Part shown: positions 11,844 through 25,249 of the stretch, in pieces
Numbering within the stretch: the stretch's first letter is position 1
How the letters are laid out: each line of letters starts with the position of its first letter
The notes under the pieces: model-generated
What the model was told of the DNA's origin: nothing
Databases searched by the model: none
The model's input: the letters and a program-made list of their open reading frames with translations, nothing else
Translations under genes and position numbers: made by a program
From: Ancylonema sp.
Taxonomy: Eukaryota
DNA: 64,000 nucleotides
NCBI GenBank assembly: GCA_050230475.1
Contig: JBFLGF010000001.1
Coordinates: 186,001 to 250,000, forward strand
Direction of reading: 5' to 3'

Positions 11844-14789
11844 ATGGTTCCTGAGGATAGTCCTAATTACTCTCCAGGCATCTCAATGCTTCGCACGAAG
11901 CGGGGACTACCAATATGCACATTGTCCCAGACGTGCTTGGCTCACATTGAGGAATACTTTTCTCAGGTATTCCCTTTACCGACGCACGCGGTGATATAAG
12001 AGCTGTTCGTCGCAGATCGCCAAGATAAAAAAAAACTCTGCTCACGTGTTGGTGTGATTTCGATGCAGACACTGAGCTATGCACGCAATCCACGGGTGGC
12101 ACTGCAAGCTGCAGCAGCTGACCCCACTTGCGTGCTTGCGAACGTTTTAGCTGCAAGCTATTTCATGGGAGACCGCCATCTTACTGAGTACTACCTTGCT
12201 CGGGCTCTCAATTATTTGGTACAAGCGGGATCTGCTGCATTGTCTCTTGCTTTACCTGTTTCACCTCTGCTGGATGTGAGTCGTGTGGATCGTAAATCGT
12301 GAGTCGTGAGGTCATGAATGATTGCCCCAGTATGGTTCGGTCCAGTATTGTTGGGTAACTGGGTGCAGCAGAACACCACCATGCAATCAGCTTCGCAAGA
12401 ACACCCAAGAACATCCAGATCGACGCACAGGCTGATAGATTCGGTAGTTCGACTCGGGATTTCGCAGGATTCCTGTTCTCCGTATGAAACGCTTGTGGCT
12501 CGTTCAGTAGAGGCGATGATTCGGGGGGACATTGACGATTCTATTGCCCTCCACCAACAGGTATTGGTACTCGTTACTGATGCAACTGCACAATAGTTCC
12601 CTTCACACGCCGTTCATGAACGTGAGAGGAGGAAAAAATAGGGAGGAAAAAATGAACGGAATTGTCTCCGCTTTCAATCACACAATAAAGCGTCTTGCGA
12701 CCTGGTAGCAGAAACCGCATGTTTTGCGGTGACGCAGGCAACAGCTCATGTGTGCTCCTTTCTCTTGCGCAGCTCGCCCTCGAGTACCCCGAGGATCTGT
12801 GGTCTCTCAAACGCGGCCAGCTGGTCTGCTTCTATCTTGGCCGCCAGGACCTCATGCTCAGTCTCGCACAGAAGGTCTCAGTCGCACCACCATCCCGCCC
12901 TGCATCCAATTCTCCTCCCATCTCACTCTTCCCATTCGTACTTCACCCCCTCCAGGCTTCGGATCGCAATCGTGGCGAGCCCTTTTTTGGCGGCATGCTC
13001 GCGTTCGCCCAGTTGGAGTCGGGGCTGCTGGCAGAGGCACACCAGGCCGCACGGGAGGCCATAGCCATTTTGCCCACCGACGTGTGGGCCCAGCATGCGG
13101 TGCGTTCCTTTCCCAACTGACCTTCACCGTGGACCAGACTTCCTTCCTTACTTGGAAAAAAAATGTGGAGTGTTTTTTCAGCTTCTTCATGTGGCCCAGG
13201 AGGGTGGGCGCTACGAGGAGGTTTATGTGTGGGCAAGGAAGTGGGGAAAGCAATGGGAGGAAGGCAACGCGTTTCTGTGAGCCACCACTCAGGATGAGGA
13301 GTACGAAGTGTGATGTATGATGCATGATGGATGATGTATGATGTATGATGTATGATGTATGATGTATGATGTATGATGTATGAGGTATGATGTATGATGT
13401 ATGATGTATGATGTATGAAGTGTGATGTCTGATGTATGTCGTATGATGTGTAATGAACGATGTATGATGTATGTCGTGGTTGTGGGTCAGTTCCTCCCAC
13501 GCTTGGTGGCACGTGGCCCTCTGCCATTTGGAGGAGGAGGAGGTGGAGGAAGCTCTTCGCATTTATGACCCAAAGGTGGTGGGAAGTCATGTCCACACAC
13601 CCAGCCTGGTGAGGTTGGGGCCGGAGTTGGGGTGCGGTGGGAGGAGATGAGATTTCTAAGAGTCCATCGTTTGGTTGCAGCAATCAGGTGGTGCTTAATG
13701 CTCTCCTCTTCCTCCTCCACCTTGAGGTTGCGGGACACGGCACTGATGTGGACTCCAGGCTAGAAAATTTGAAGCTGGATTGTGCCGAGGTGGTGGGTGC
13801 GGATGAGGTGCTGCTGCAGCTGATGGCCTGCTGGGCTGCTGCCCGACTCTCCAGGCCCCCAGAACAAGCGGAGGCCATTTGTGGTGCCTTGCAGCAAAGG
13901 TGTAGTGAACAAGACGGCTGTTCTTGGGTGGCTGCCAGGGCTTGTCTTGGACCAGAGTGGAGGAGGAGTAGTCTGGGCGCAATTCTAGTGCCGGTAAGCA
14001 GGCAGGCCTGGGGGGTGGCCAAGAGCTGCAGATGAGACGCGGGTGGGGTGCAGATGGCAGAGGCTGTCATACAATTCGGTCTGCGTCGCTACGAGGCGGT
14101 GGTGGAGAGGATATCAGAGCCGCTTGAAATGAAAGCTCTGAAGCCGCTAGGTGGTTCGGATGAGCAGCTGGATACGCTGATGGTGATGCAATGTGCCGCA
14201 TTCCTGGAGGCACAACAATGGGAAAAAGGTGACGGCGACGAGGCCAGGCTTGGGGACCCCTCGACGGATATTGGCTCCGATGGGTTGTCCCTTGCTTGCT
14301 TGCAGCGATTGTGATGTTGAGGGAGCGGTTGAGGCTGCGGCCGCACCTCAAGCTTGCAAAGCGGCTGTTGGTGAGATTTGTAGGTTCTAGTGTGTGGAGC
14401 TGTGCTCGTTATGTGATGCTAATGGATGATGGTGTCACACACTTGGTGTGAGAGAAAGCTCACAGCACTTAAGTGTAGATTGGTTGTATATCAAGTCCGT
14501 GAATTATTGTAGTGTTCTTGTGTAGTGTAGTTGAACAAGTCCTGCAAAAGGTACATGGCTTAGTCAGCATGTGTAAACCAAGGGGTCCCTATTCATTACT
14601 GTTGTATGTCAAGTCAGTTTGGAACGACATGTGCATGTGAAAATTACAGGCCAATTGGTGTAGTATTCTCATTGTTTTCAATATCTATTGCGATCTGATG
14701 TTTGCTGAGTTGCAAGTTGTTCGTACTCTTTTGTGCAGACTCGCGCTTTAAAAGAAGCACCATCCGTCATTTGCACCTACAGGGGGTAA
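11844..14789 (+). CDS. TTC38: Tetratricopeptide repeat protein 38 (TTC38)-like, multi-exon; start and last exon tentative
   Basis: Peptides CLAHIEEYFSQ|TLSYARN..DPTCVLANVLAA, YPEDLWSLKRGQLVCFYLGR, GMLAFAQLESG..AREAIAILPTDVWAQHA, SHAWWHVALCHL, PLGGSDEQLD, AIVMLRERLRLRP fit plant TTC38. Last exon 14739-14789 is inferred from splice signals only. Confidence 0.8.
13314..13472. repeat. (TGTATGA)n 7-bp microsatellite in a TTC38 intron
   Basis: About 20 tandem, partly degenerate TGTATGA units. Confidence 0.9.
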
Positions 14790-14869
14790 AACCGTAAAAT
14801 TGATATTTTGTGTATCATTTGGTTGCTTCTATTGTTTCATGGATGTACAAGTCCGGATATTCTCCCGCC

Positions 14870-15615
14870 TAGTGGCTATACATAATGACCCGGGTTTGCT
14901 AAGAAACCACCACTTGACCCAACCCGCGCACCCAAAAGAAAATTTCCCACAATCCTGAAAAACATTTAGCATCTGGTGACCCACATTACAGAACGACCCA
15001 CTTTTTATTTTATTTTTATATAATGAATTATATAATATGACCCGACCCACCCTTTTCATGATTATTTGCGGCTCATTATATGTGGCCAGCATAGTGGGTC
15101 TCCGAGTCGGAAAATATGCGCGCCGGCTTGGAGCCGGGCTCGCAAAATCCGCAAGCGGAGCGGGACCCACAGGGGGAAAAAATCCAAACAAATGGTAGCC
15201 CCGTCCCCCCTTAGCTGGACTTCTGTCTTTGCGCGGTACTGTTTCATTACACTTTGTATTCCGTCAGAATCCCGTCCCTGTTCGCAATTCCTCCTTGTCG
15301 ATGGCAAGCTACAATTCTGTTGTATAGTATGTCTCCCGTTCGTCGTGTTTTCCCGTACCATCGTTGTTCTCCCAATCCTTCGTAAGTGTGACACTAGTGT
15401 AGTTTGTGTGATCAAACTATCAAGTCAACAATTCAAGTATTATGCCAAGTCACCTATCCTTATCGACACGTTGACTACTCTTATCGACATGTCTGCCACG
15501 TCTGCCAAGTAAAATCACAATTATATCGACGGGCAAAACGACAAAATCGACAAAACAAAACTTCGGCCCTAAAATCGATAGAAAGACAAAAGTTCACTGA
15601 CCCTAAAAACTAACA
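14870..15615. mobile_element. Cluster of TE fragments: pogo-type MITE copy (~14870-15089), left part of the CATAGTGGGTC hAT family (~15090-15395), Copia LTR fragment on minus strand (ending 15615)
   Basis: Similar to 52369-52614, to 25650-25985, and to the LTR start TGTTAGTTTTTAGGG at 56390 respectively. Confidence 0.6.
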
Positions 15616-16349
15616 CGGATCCATGCAAGCGTACTCATTTTCTATGTCTTTGTTTCGCCTTCGGGGAGTCACACAAGTCACGACATCTTTTCCCCGTTTA
15701 ATTACGAAGTTAACATGTTAAATATCGTAATACATCTCGTAAGTGTGTCAATAAGTATGAATGCAGTTGTCCTTACCAATCATGTCCTTCACAACATTCT
15801 GGAAAGCCAACACACAATGTAGTAACAAACTTAGTTGGTCCGCATTTGATGGGGTTATCTCCGATCCGGCGCCCATCCGGATTGGGCACAACTTTGGGTG
15901 GTTCATGTATGGATCGAGGTTGAACAAATGTGTTCCTGGTGTGGGGATTATTTGCAGATATTTAGGTGGGCGATCACACAAGCTCGTATTTCGCTTAGGG
16001 CTTGCAGCCAATGGCTCAGACCACACATACAACTCGTTCAGACCAATTGCATCACATCGTTGTTTTGCCGTGTGACCATCGTCCTTTCCAAATTAGAAGT
16101 AGAGACGATTTTAAATTGCAAAACAGAGTCGACTTTCGGGTAAATAGTACTTCAATTTCTAGCCACAAGAAACCCAAACTCTCAGCGAGAAGAAAAGGAA
16201 GCGCAAGAAAAAGAGTGGAGTACAATTTGTGGCTCTCATCCGTTCTCCACATACCCACCAGCACATACCAACACCACTCCCGGAAGTATGCTTACATTGC
16301 AGCCTCTTGGCCTCTTACCCCATGGCCTCCCACCTCTTGTACTCATTCA

Positions 16350-19300
16350 ATCTGCGTCAAACTTGGTCAAAGAAATGAGCAAAAGCGATTCCAGAACCAC
16401 CCCCTGCCCCCCTGAATGCGACCAGCTGCTCCACTTCTCCCCAAAAATATGCGACTTACTTTCTGATTCAGGCACTTACTCCTGCCTGTCACTTACTCCT
16501 GCCGCGTTCGCAGCAGAGCCCCCTCTGTCCGGTCCAGTCCTTGTCCGGTCTGCACCCCCCCTTCTCACGGAGATGCTCGAGGTAGAGGACAACTTCTTCC
16601 CCCTTTTGCCGTACGGGGGCAGAGAAGCTCCCCTCCTCCCCCCCCAGCCATCGCAATCTGTGGACGATGGCATCAAACCCTGCCAGCTCCACTCGGTCGC
16701 GCAACACACCAAAACTGCGCAGAACAGAGAATAGAGAACAGAGAACAACTCATAACCTGAAGCCTCCCTCTCGTCCCATATCCCCTCCCCCTGCCCCCTC
16801 CCTGCTGCCTCTCTTACCGCGCCGTGCATCGGATCCATTCCAGTATGCACAGGAGGGCACCTTGGGAGGCGCCCTTGACTGCCACAGGCCACATGAGCTC
16901 ACGAATGCATCGATTGTAGCACCACTCCCAACCCTGCACCACCACACCTGCCACATCAGCATCTACTTCCCCCCTACTTGTACCGTTTCTCGACCTGAAG
17001 TTACTTCTCTTTCCCCTTACCAGCTGCGCAGCCAGCACTTGGAGGCACAGCCCCACCTCCCGTGCCACCGCCCCCCCTCCTCCCTCCAATGCTTGAGAGG
17101 CAGCGCGAGTCACAGCCCCCATGGCCTCCTCCAGATTGCCCCCTTCCGTCCCAACTGCCCTCAGCACCATCTCGTGCAGGTGGGCCGTGGGAGAGGAGGA
17201 GGCGTGGTTTAGGAGGCCTGTGGCAACTGCAGTGACCCAGTTGGGTGGACACAGGCTCCAGCAGAGCACGTGATGGAGCAGGCCCCACACCTCCCCTGCT
17301 CTGCCTTGTTGGCAGCAGTGGGCCGCATAGTCTTGGGCGGAACGCAGCCCCTCGGAAGGGGAGAGGGGGGGAACAGCTCCGTGGACCAGCAACCGACCCA
17401 TGGCCACCTCCTCCTCCACCTCCTCCTCCTCTTCCTCCTCCTCCACATTCCATGCGCTCAGAGAAATCTCTCCACTTCCATCCTCGCCCCCTCCCCCTCC
17501 CCAGTGGGGCGGCGGGGAAGGGAGGCGGGGGAGGGGCGTGCTCTCCAGCCATGCCCTCAGTTCCACTTCATCTTCGTCTTCTTTCTCCTCTCCCCTGTCT
17601 GGTCTTCCTCCCATGGTACTCCTAGCATGCTCTCTCTCATCCATCCCACAGCTCACAGCTACCACCTCCTTCTCCCCTTCCTCCACCTTTCTGCCCTCTG
17701 TCCGATTCGTGGCACATGCTTCTGCCGGATTCATGTCGTCTGCACGTTCCCTCTCCCCATCCTGCCCCTTTGATTCCTTGAGCAACCCCTCCAGACACTG
17801 CACCATCTCCGCCACCCCCCCCAAATCCGCCTCCTTCACGTCCTCCCCGTCACTACCCCACAGCGCACTCTCTATGTCGATTCCAAACTCCACCTCCCCT
17901 CCTGCCAGGATCCCTGCCCCACCTCTTTCTTCCACAACTTCCTCCAATCTTGGGGTCTTCCTGGCTTCCTCCCCCACCTCCCCTCCTTTCCTCTTTCTCT
18001 CCCCTCCTTTGGTCGACCTCACCTTCCCCAGCGCCTCCCCAATGCTCCCTCGGATCGCAGTGAGCAGTTGGAGAAGGTGCTCCACCTCAACGTCCACCTC
18101 ACCCAGAGTGGGAGAGGGGTCCACATTGTCTACTTCCCCCTGCCTGCACCCTATCACCACACCATCTGGGCTGCCTGCGCTCCCCCCCCCCTGCAGCTCT
18201 ACGCTGAGTTCCGAACAGATGTCTACCGCTGCCTTACCGATGCAAGATGCGGCGCGGAGTCCCTCCACCGCGGTGGAAACCTGCGAAGGAAAAAACAGAT
18301 CCCGTGTCACCAATCACGGGTCGCCTATGTACACAAAAGTAGACGGGTGCAAACCTGCGTGTCATGTAGGTGTATCTATCGTTACCTTTGTGAGAGGATA
18401 CCCCTTCAGTGGCACTGCGTCGCAGCGAGATGAGAGTAGATTTGTAAAGGTATGCACGGTGTGAGGTATGCAAGGAGTGGGAAGGGAACATGCAGGGCAC
18501 GAATATGAAGCACAACAACGAAGTCCGACACCTGTTGCTAGAAAACATACGACCACATATTCAAGGTTCTATTTCTCCACACGAGTTTTGTACTGTTCAG
18601 GGCATCGATGGGTCTATCAAGTGCGCGTCCCGCACGTGTTCCGCACGCGTGCGCTCGCGCACAGTGCTGACCCATAGGCGTTAAAATTATATTATTATTA
18701 CCCGGGGGGGGGGGGGTACTTCCTACACCCCAACGGTGCCGGGATGTTTCCAAAATGAAGTGTATTTGGTGAACCGGTTACAACGTGGCAGTATTCAATT
18801 TAGGGCCTAAGACGTTATATCGAACTACTTACAGTGCAAAATGGTCAGTACTCACTACTTAGTCAAATTTCGACGTCCGAAAGTCGATTACAGAAATTGT
18901 CTCGGTGCGGCACGCGTGCCGCACGCGTGCGCAAATCTTGCGCACGGTGCTGACCCATCTATGGTTCAGGGTGGTTCAATGCGGTAAATACTTCGATGCA
19001 CTTTTAAGTATACAATTCGGTAGGATTTTGTATGCAGGTAATCTGTACGGATACCGCACGAGTGATTGGGTGTGCAGTTATTCAGCCAGGAGGATATTAA
19101 AGTCTGTGGCAATGTATCTGTAGAGGGAAATCCTGAGGTCGAGAATGAGAAACTGGTCGAGGGTGGAGGTTGTGCAGTAATAGAGGGATGCAGTTCGTCA
19201 GTTTTTCTTGCATGTCTGTAATTGTGAGTGTATGGGTATTTGTGCATGTATGTCGATGTATGTAGACACGTGTGTATGTAGATATGAACGAATGAATGAA

Positions 19301-20754
19301 CGTATGTGTGTATGAAAGGATGAATGTATGCATGTTTGTATGTTAAGTGCATGCATGAGAGTATGCATTCATTTAGTCATACAATCACGTATGTATGTAT
19401 GCATACATGCATGGCTGTCCGTGTGTATGTAGGTCTATATGTATGTATGTATGTATGTATGTCGTTATATATTTGTAGCATGTGAGAGTATTTGTACATG
19501 TTTTGCTGCTGATATGTTTCTAGAAATCCTACTCCCATCTGCCCACCATTTCCATCTGCCCGATCATTCCTGTTCCAGACTTCCGACCTGTTTCTGGAGA
19601 CAATCCCGTTCCGCGGATGCCACGGCCAATGAGCGTTCTGCTTTCATGATGGCTTCCTGTTCCGCCACCTGGATGCGTATCTCACGCGGTCCTTGCTCCC
19701 CCCTCAACTTCAAAAACTGCTCCCGAGCTTTTTTTCTCTCTGCTTCCGCCCTCTGACACTCCTTGTCCGCCCGAGCAGCCTCCTGCGCTGCTCGAGCTTC
19801 AGCCGTCTCTGCTCGCTTTATGGCTGCCTTGGATTGGTCTCGGGCGACAACCAGGTCTGCAATCAGCACCATGCCCGAAAAAAGGAGTTGCACAATGATC
19901 ACACATCGATTCTGGCGACTGAAAGCTCTACAACTCACAGCCAGGATACCGCACAGCCGTGAAGACTGACTTGTCATCTAAAACTCCTCCGTGCTGATTG
20001 TGGATCAATCAGAGCTTCACGAAACGCTTTCTTCCAAGCAAATTTCCAATATATCATGAAATCTTTCCCCATGGGCCACTCAGATGTATTCTATAAGTAT
20101 ACCGCATAATCTCCCGGTGGATGTGTTACACCAGATAACAAAAGTTTGATCATGCCACCATGCCAGGTGTCGAGGTTCTCGAAACGAACAGCGGTACCTG
20201 CGTCCCTGCTCTACAAGATCTGGTCGCATTGAGGTTGAAAGCGTGAGTTGTGAGGTGTGAAGTGAGAAGGGTGCATTCTGGGGCTGGAAGAACGTCGGGT
20301 CTCGGGGCTATGTACTACCTTGCCGAGCGGCCCTGAGCTGCTCTTGAAGAGAGTTTGCCTCATCCAATCGGGCCCGAACCAAATCCATAGCTTGTCGCAG
20401 TTTGGCTCGACCCTTTTCGCTCTTTTCTCACCGCTCGGATAGCTGCATTCCAGAAGACATGGTAGAAGGAGGAGGATCACTATCCGGCTGCAGACTCGGT
20501 GAGATAATACCGACAGAGAGGAACACAAAGGGACTACAGATACGCAACAATACAGTCACAAGCTAAGATGACAGCAAGTCTATTCTTACGCAAACCACAA
20601 AACTGAAGCCGGTCTATCATAGGGTGCAAGCAGTGAGTCTTACTTTCGCACAAGGGGAGCATCCTGGCTGCGGCATGATCAATGGAGCAGCTGGCTTCCC
20701 ATCTCCACCCGGCCGATCCCCTTCCTTCTCCATCACCGTACTGCCATGCGACAT
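16350..20754 (-). CDS. MEE22/EMB1611-like (ICE1-like) coiled-coil protein, multi-exon, possibly disrupted; 3' end approximate
   Basis: Exon 1 (20754-20644) ends GCSPCAK; exon 2 reads LSER*EKSEKGRAKLRQAMDLVRARL; coiled-coil exon ~19860-19564; long acidic exon ~18280-17025; C-terminal LQVLAAQL|GWEWCYNRCIRELMWP..CTAR|FGVLRD resembles the remembered MEE22/ICE1 C-terminal motif. In-frame TGA at 20430-20428. Confidence 0.55.
18603..18963. mobile_element. hAT-type MITE in an intron
   Basis: TIR CATCGATGGGTC / GACCCATCTATG; perfect 8-bp TSD GTTCAGGG (18595-18602, 18964-18971). Confidence 0.9.
19240..19470. repeat. Degenerate (ATGT)n/(ATGA)n microsatellite in an intron
   Basis: Tandem TATG/AATG tetramers. 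Confidence 0.75.
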
Positions 20755-21975
20755 GGCTCCTCTGAAATCCTACACCGTTAAGACATCTCCGTCCAACTCG
20801 CCTGCAGAAGTCACTCCCCCAAGCGCAACTCCAGCGCTGGGGAGTGCAAGGCTGATGCAATGAATGCAGAAGGTGTCACACGCGAGCTGCCCAAAAAAGA
20901 TGGACCTGACGAAGAGGCTGGGTTCGGTGAGGGGGGAGTCGGTGAGCGCGTGCCGACCGCAATTAAAACTCGCGCGCGCTCGGGACGCGCTTGGCAAGTT
21001 AACAACTGTCGACCGCCAACGGCTGATCGCCAGCCGCCGGTTGGACGACCGCCGGTTAACATGACCTCTGTTCAAATCGTGCAACCGCTATCCAACACTG
21101 GTTTGACGGCGATTGGAAAACACCGGAAAGGTGCCGAGAAAATACGGTGCGAAAGAATATGGTGAGAAGATATGTCACCATATCCCGAATATGGTTATAT
21201 CCCATTTGTAGGATTGCTGTTGCAGGATTGATGATTCCTTTTTATGATCGTTGATTTTTTTTTCTTCACACTAAACCAACCAAAAAAAAAAAAAAAAAAA
21301 AAAAAGCGAAGTATGCTTGCTGGCTTACTCATGTCGCGGTCCACACCTCCCCACTAAAAACATAAGATTCCATCGATTCTATTTTTACCGGATAACCCTC
21401 CCAAACCTTATATTTTTTTGCTCGATTTATCGAGTCCATCATTCGAAGAGCGTCAATCATATTAGCACGAAGCGACCGTTTTCCATCGGAACCGGTTCCG
21501 ACATGGAGCCGGTTCGGAACCGCGCGAACCAAATGTTTTTTAAGGTTTTCCTCTTTTCCGCGGAATATCAAAACCACAATTACTGAGGGGTAACATATGA
21601 CAACCGGGATAGACCATTACGACAGCCCATCAATTATGGTTAGTACAATCGCAAGTATTGTTGAATGTATTGGTCATACAAAATCAAATGCCGATTCAAA
21701 TGTTGATTTCGAAACAGGATGGCGCGGAGTTTGCTTTTTACAAGTTCCTTGATCGCGTTATTCCAAGATGTGGTGCATTTTTGTTCACTCATTGCAAGCG
21801 TAGGAGTAGATGCAGTAGGAGCATAGAAGTACATGCATTTGTATTGCATTTTATCGGTAAAACAAACGAGGGACTGAAAGAATATAAATGGTATGTAGAT
21901 AATATTTACATAAGGGAAAGGAAGGAAGGAGGAAAAGTGCATTAGGAATGTCTATCATCTAAAATATTCCGACTA

Positions 21976-22555
21976 CCGTACCAGCCAGAGATAATGCGCC
22001 AGCAAATCGGAAAATAAATTATTAATAGTAGGCTCCAAACAGTTGCGCCATCCAAATTTAAATTAATTAGTACGCGCCAAGAGTGTGCGCCAGGCAAATT
22101 TTAATTAATAAAAATGATCCAAAAAATAGATGCGCCAAGTGTTTTCCTTATTAATTAATATGATCCAATCGAACTTGCGCCATTATATAGGGACATGAGG
22201 GAGCTTTCAACCCTAGGGTTCTGGGCTCTGCGATCCCAACGACCTTCCAAAATGGGCCAAAAACCACTTTATGTACACGAGCCCGGGGTTCCGCAGCTCG
22301 AAGCTCTGGAGCGTGGAGCTATTCTTCATTACAAGCGCCTCTCGACATAGTGATAATTGAAATTTAATTCTCGATGTGAGATCATAATATTCGCTAAATA
22401 ATATAGTTGCGCCAAAATCCCCTCGATTTAATTATTTATTTGCGCCAATAGGGTGCGCCAGCGTGGTCAAAGTAATTAATTTAGTATGCGCCAAAAACGT
22501 GTGCGCCAGGCAAAATGGTAATTATTTTTTGGCGCGTTATCTCAGGCTGGTACGG
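21976..22555. mobile_element. Tc1/mariner-pogo-type MITE
   Basis: TA-flanked; TIR CCGTACCAGCCAGAGATAATGCGCCA / TGGCGCGTTATCTCAGGCTGGTACGG; about 11 internal GCGCCA motifs. Confidence 0.85.
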
Positions 22556-24453
22556 TATCGTAGAAGGGAAATGATAAATGAAATTCGAATCCACAAATGG
22601 TAATGTATTCCTAGAGAGAACATTTACGACATGATTTAGAGTGGACGGATAGGAATCCAATTATCTTCAGATTATCATTTTATGGATGTTGAGAACATAT
22701 ATTGAACTTTGTAGTTTGGAAAAGTAAGAAGTTTGATGGTAGGGAAGTTATTGCAGCGCAATATATTTTTATCAGCATCAAAGTTTCGTCAATAAAATCA
22801 AGCAATGAAATTGAAGGAGTGAAATGCTAAAATTGGGAGAATTATAAAACAAGCGACGTTATGTGATTGTTGTAAATATATTCTTCAATACGTAAACATT
22901 TTGACATGAAGTTACTAGGGCTTCATGGAAATGAGGAGACACGTATTCAATAAAGGCGTTTTTTGAATGGGAATAATTATATATTGACAAACATGACAAA
23001 ACATAGAAATTTACCCAAAAATGAGAGTTTGTATACAAATGGACAAGAGTCCACTTAGACTTTAGAAGTTTATAATAGTGTCCTTACGATGTATATCAAA
23101 TTTTTGTTTTTTTTTTTTAATGATAGCTTGTGTTGAGCGAAAAAAAAAAAAAAAAAACGTGCCAATTTTTTCTATTAGGCATTTAACCTCTTAATAGTTT
23201 AGTGAAAAAACAAACACATATACTTCAATGATTCGAAACCATAGGCCACCAGTCCATCGAATCAGTGACGTGTTGTTTGGAGTCGGCCGCCCGGAATGAT
23301 GTTTTCAACACTTTGTCACAATTGTTCTTGAATGTTTCTCAGAATAATGCATGTGGTAATGCTCATGGTGGTGTAGCGATGATGTCGACTAGGTTGTTAT
23401 CGATGATGTTCGTAGATGGTAGAAGGGTCTCTGGTGGACTTAGTGGTCCGGCTGCTCTCACTAAGGGGTATTGCAGATTGAGTCTCTGCTGAGGTATCAA
23501 TATTATATCTATCACACGTCTCAGCGGTCTAGTGAAATTCACTACTTAACGCTGAGGGCAAGCTAACAGATGGTTTACAGTACAAAAGTCTAAGAAAATA
23601 TTGTAAAGCAAACAAGATAGTCTGGTGCAGACTATCAAGGTTAACAGTCGTAAGAGTTACTTTCGGTGCGAAAGCAAAGTATCGACGGCGCGTCGATAAA
23701 AGATGCTCGCTCAGAAAGAGCGTCAGCAGACAGGTGTAAACAACAGATGCTGGCTCGGCGCGAGCGATGGCAAACACACACACAATTGAAATTGCCGGCT
23801 CGGAGCGAACGCAGGCAAATCGACAGATGTTTCACACACACACACACACGCACGCTTGCTGGCTCAAAGAGAGCGTCAGCGAATCGATGTAAGAAATTAC
23901 AGTCGATAGTAAGGCTGGCTCAGAAAGAGCGTCAGTCACAGATTCGGATGAATCACGAATACACACACACATATTGCAAAGAATGATTTGCAAACTTACC
24001 GTCTGGCTGACGGATGTCTTTAAAGAAAGAGTAAGAGTGTCCTTTGTTGGACTTCGGCCTATGTATTCGGATGCTTGAGCATTGTGGCTGCATTACGCAA
24101 GAGTGCATACCGAGTATGCAATATAGCACAATATGTCACGTCACCGCTATTGCCAACGCATAAAAGTTGGCAATGGCGGTGACGTGGCATATTGTGCTGT
24201 CATTTTGTACTGACTATGAATTATTCGATGGCTGGTGAATGCTATCGAGTGTAATATCGTGAAAACTTATGTGCTCTACCCACAAGGCTTCGTTCGGTGT
24301 GTCGAGTTACAGGGCGTGTCACCTTGCCCGGTACGTTACTTTTCATTTAAAGCAAGTTGCGGTCGTGTGAGCTGCGGCACCGCAATCAACTAGACGCGGT
24401 TGAGGGGAGCGATGCTCGGTAGCTGCATGCCATCCGGGCGCGACTATGTAAGT

Positions 24454-24819
24454 CATAATTGCACGGACCGGCAAGAATGGTTTTGTGGACCGCGGTCAAA
24501 CCGGGTCCGGAGTCGGGAACCGGTCGGACCGGGGATGTTTCAAGGTTTTTGTATTTCCCGTCAACATTCAGGGGAATGGACGTGTCGGAGAACTTGTAAG
24601 GTGTTAAATATTCTTTCGTTTTTGTAAAATACACAAGCCAAAACTATTAACAAATATTTTTTTCTCTCGTTTTTTCACCCTACGGTAAAGCTTTCAAAAT
24701 CCCGAAGGAAAAGCCGGAAGTATCCTACTACCGCCGGTCCGACAGTTTGATATAGAAGGACGAATCCCGGTCCGGAACCGGTACCTCCGAACCCCGGTCC
24801 GCCGGTCCATGCAACTATG
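24454..24819. mobile_element. hAT-type MITE
   Basis: TIR CATAATTGCACGGACCGGC / GCCGGTCCATGCAACTATG; perfect TSD ATGTAAGT. Confidence 0.9.
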
Positions 24820-24893
24820 ATGTAAGTACGGTGTGTGCCTAGGGAGATGGCATGGCTATAGTGTACCTTGTACGGCGGTTGGCCCCTTGTTAT

Positions 24894-25249
24894 CATAGTT
24901 GCACGGACCGGCAAGATTGTTTTTTCGGACCGCGGTCGGACCGGATCCAGAGTCGGGACCCGGTTGGACCGGGGATCTTTTAGGGTTCCCCCCCAACCCA
25001 GCAATTTTCGGGGGGAAATGTTCATTTCGGGTCTACAGTTTGAAGGTCTACATTTTTCTTACATTTATGTACAATGCCCAAGCCAACACGATTCACACAA
25101 TGGATTTCTCCACGGTAAACCTTCTAAACTCTCGACATAAGGACCGAAAGTATCCTACTACTGCCACTCCGGCATTTTGGCCGCAAAGGGCGGACCCCAG
25201 TCCGGAACCGGGACCTCGAAACCCCGGTCCGCCGGTCCGTGCAGCTATG
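24894..25249. mobile_element. hAT-type MITE, same family as 24454-24819
   Basis: TIR CATAGTTGCACGGACCGGC / GCCGGTCCGTGCAGCTATG; degenerate TSD CTTGTTAT/CGTGTTGT. Confidence 0.8.

Noticed and set aside
12858..13683. His/Ile/Thr-repeat ORFs (HHTSYII)n on the minus strand
   Set aside because: Translation of the intronic TGTATGA microsatellite, antisense to TTC38.
15700..16150. Short ORFs between the TE cluster and the MEE22-like gene
   Set aside because: No recognisable motif or splice structure.
17400..18464. 354-aa Ser/Pro-rich plus-strand ORF
   Set aside because: Antisense to the Glu/Gly-rich exon of the MEE22-like gene.
21600..23250. AT-rich stretch with short ORFs that might be a decayed gene or transposase
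   Set aside because: No identifiable domain, and interrupted by a MITE.
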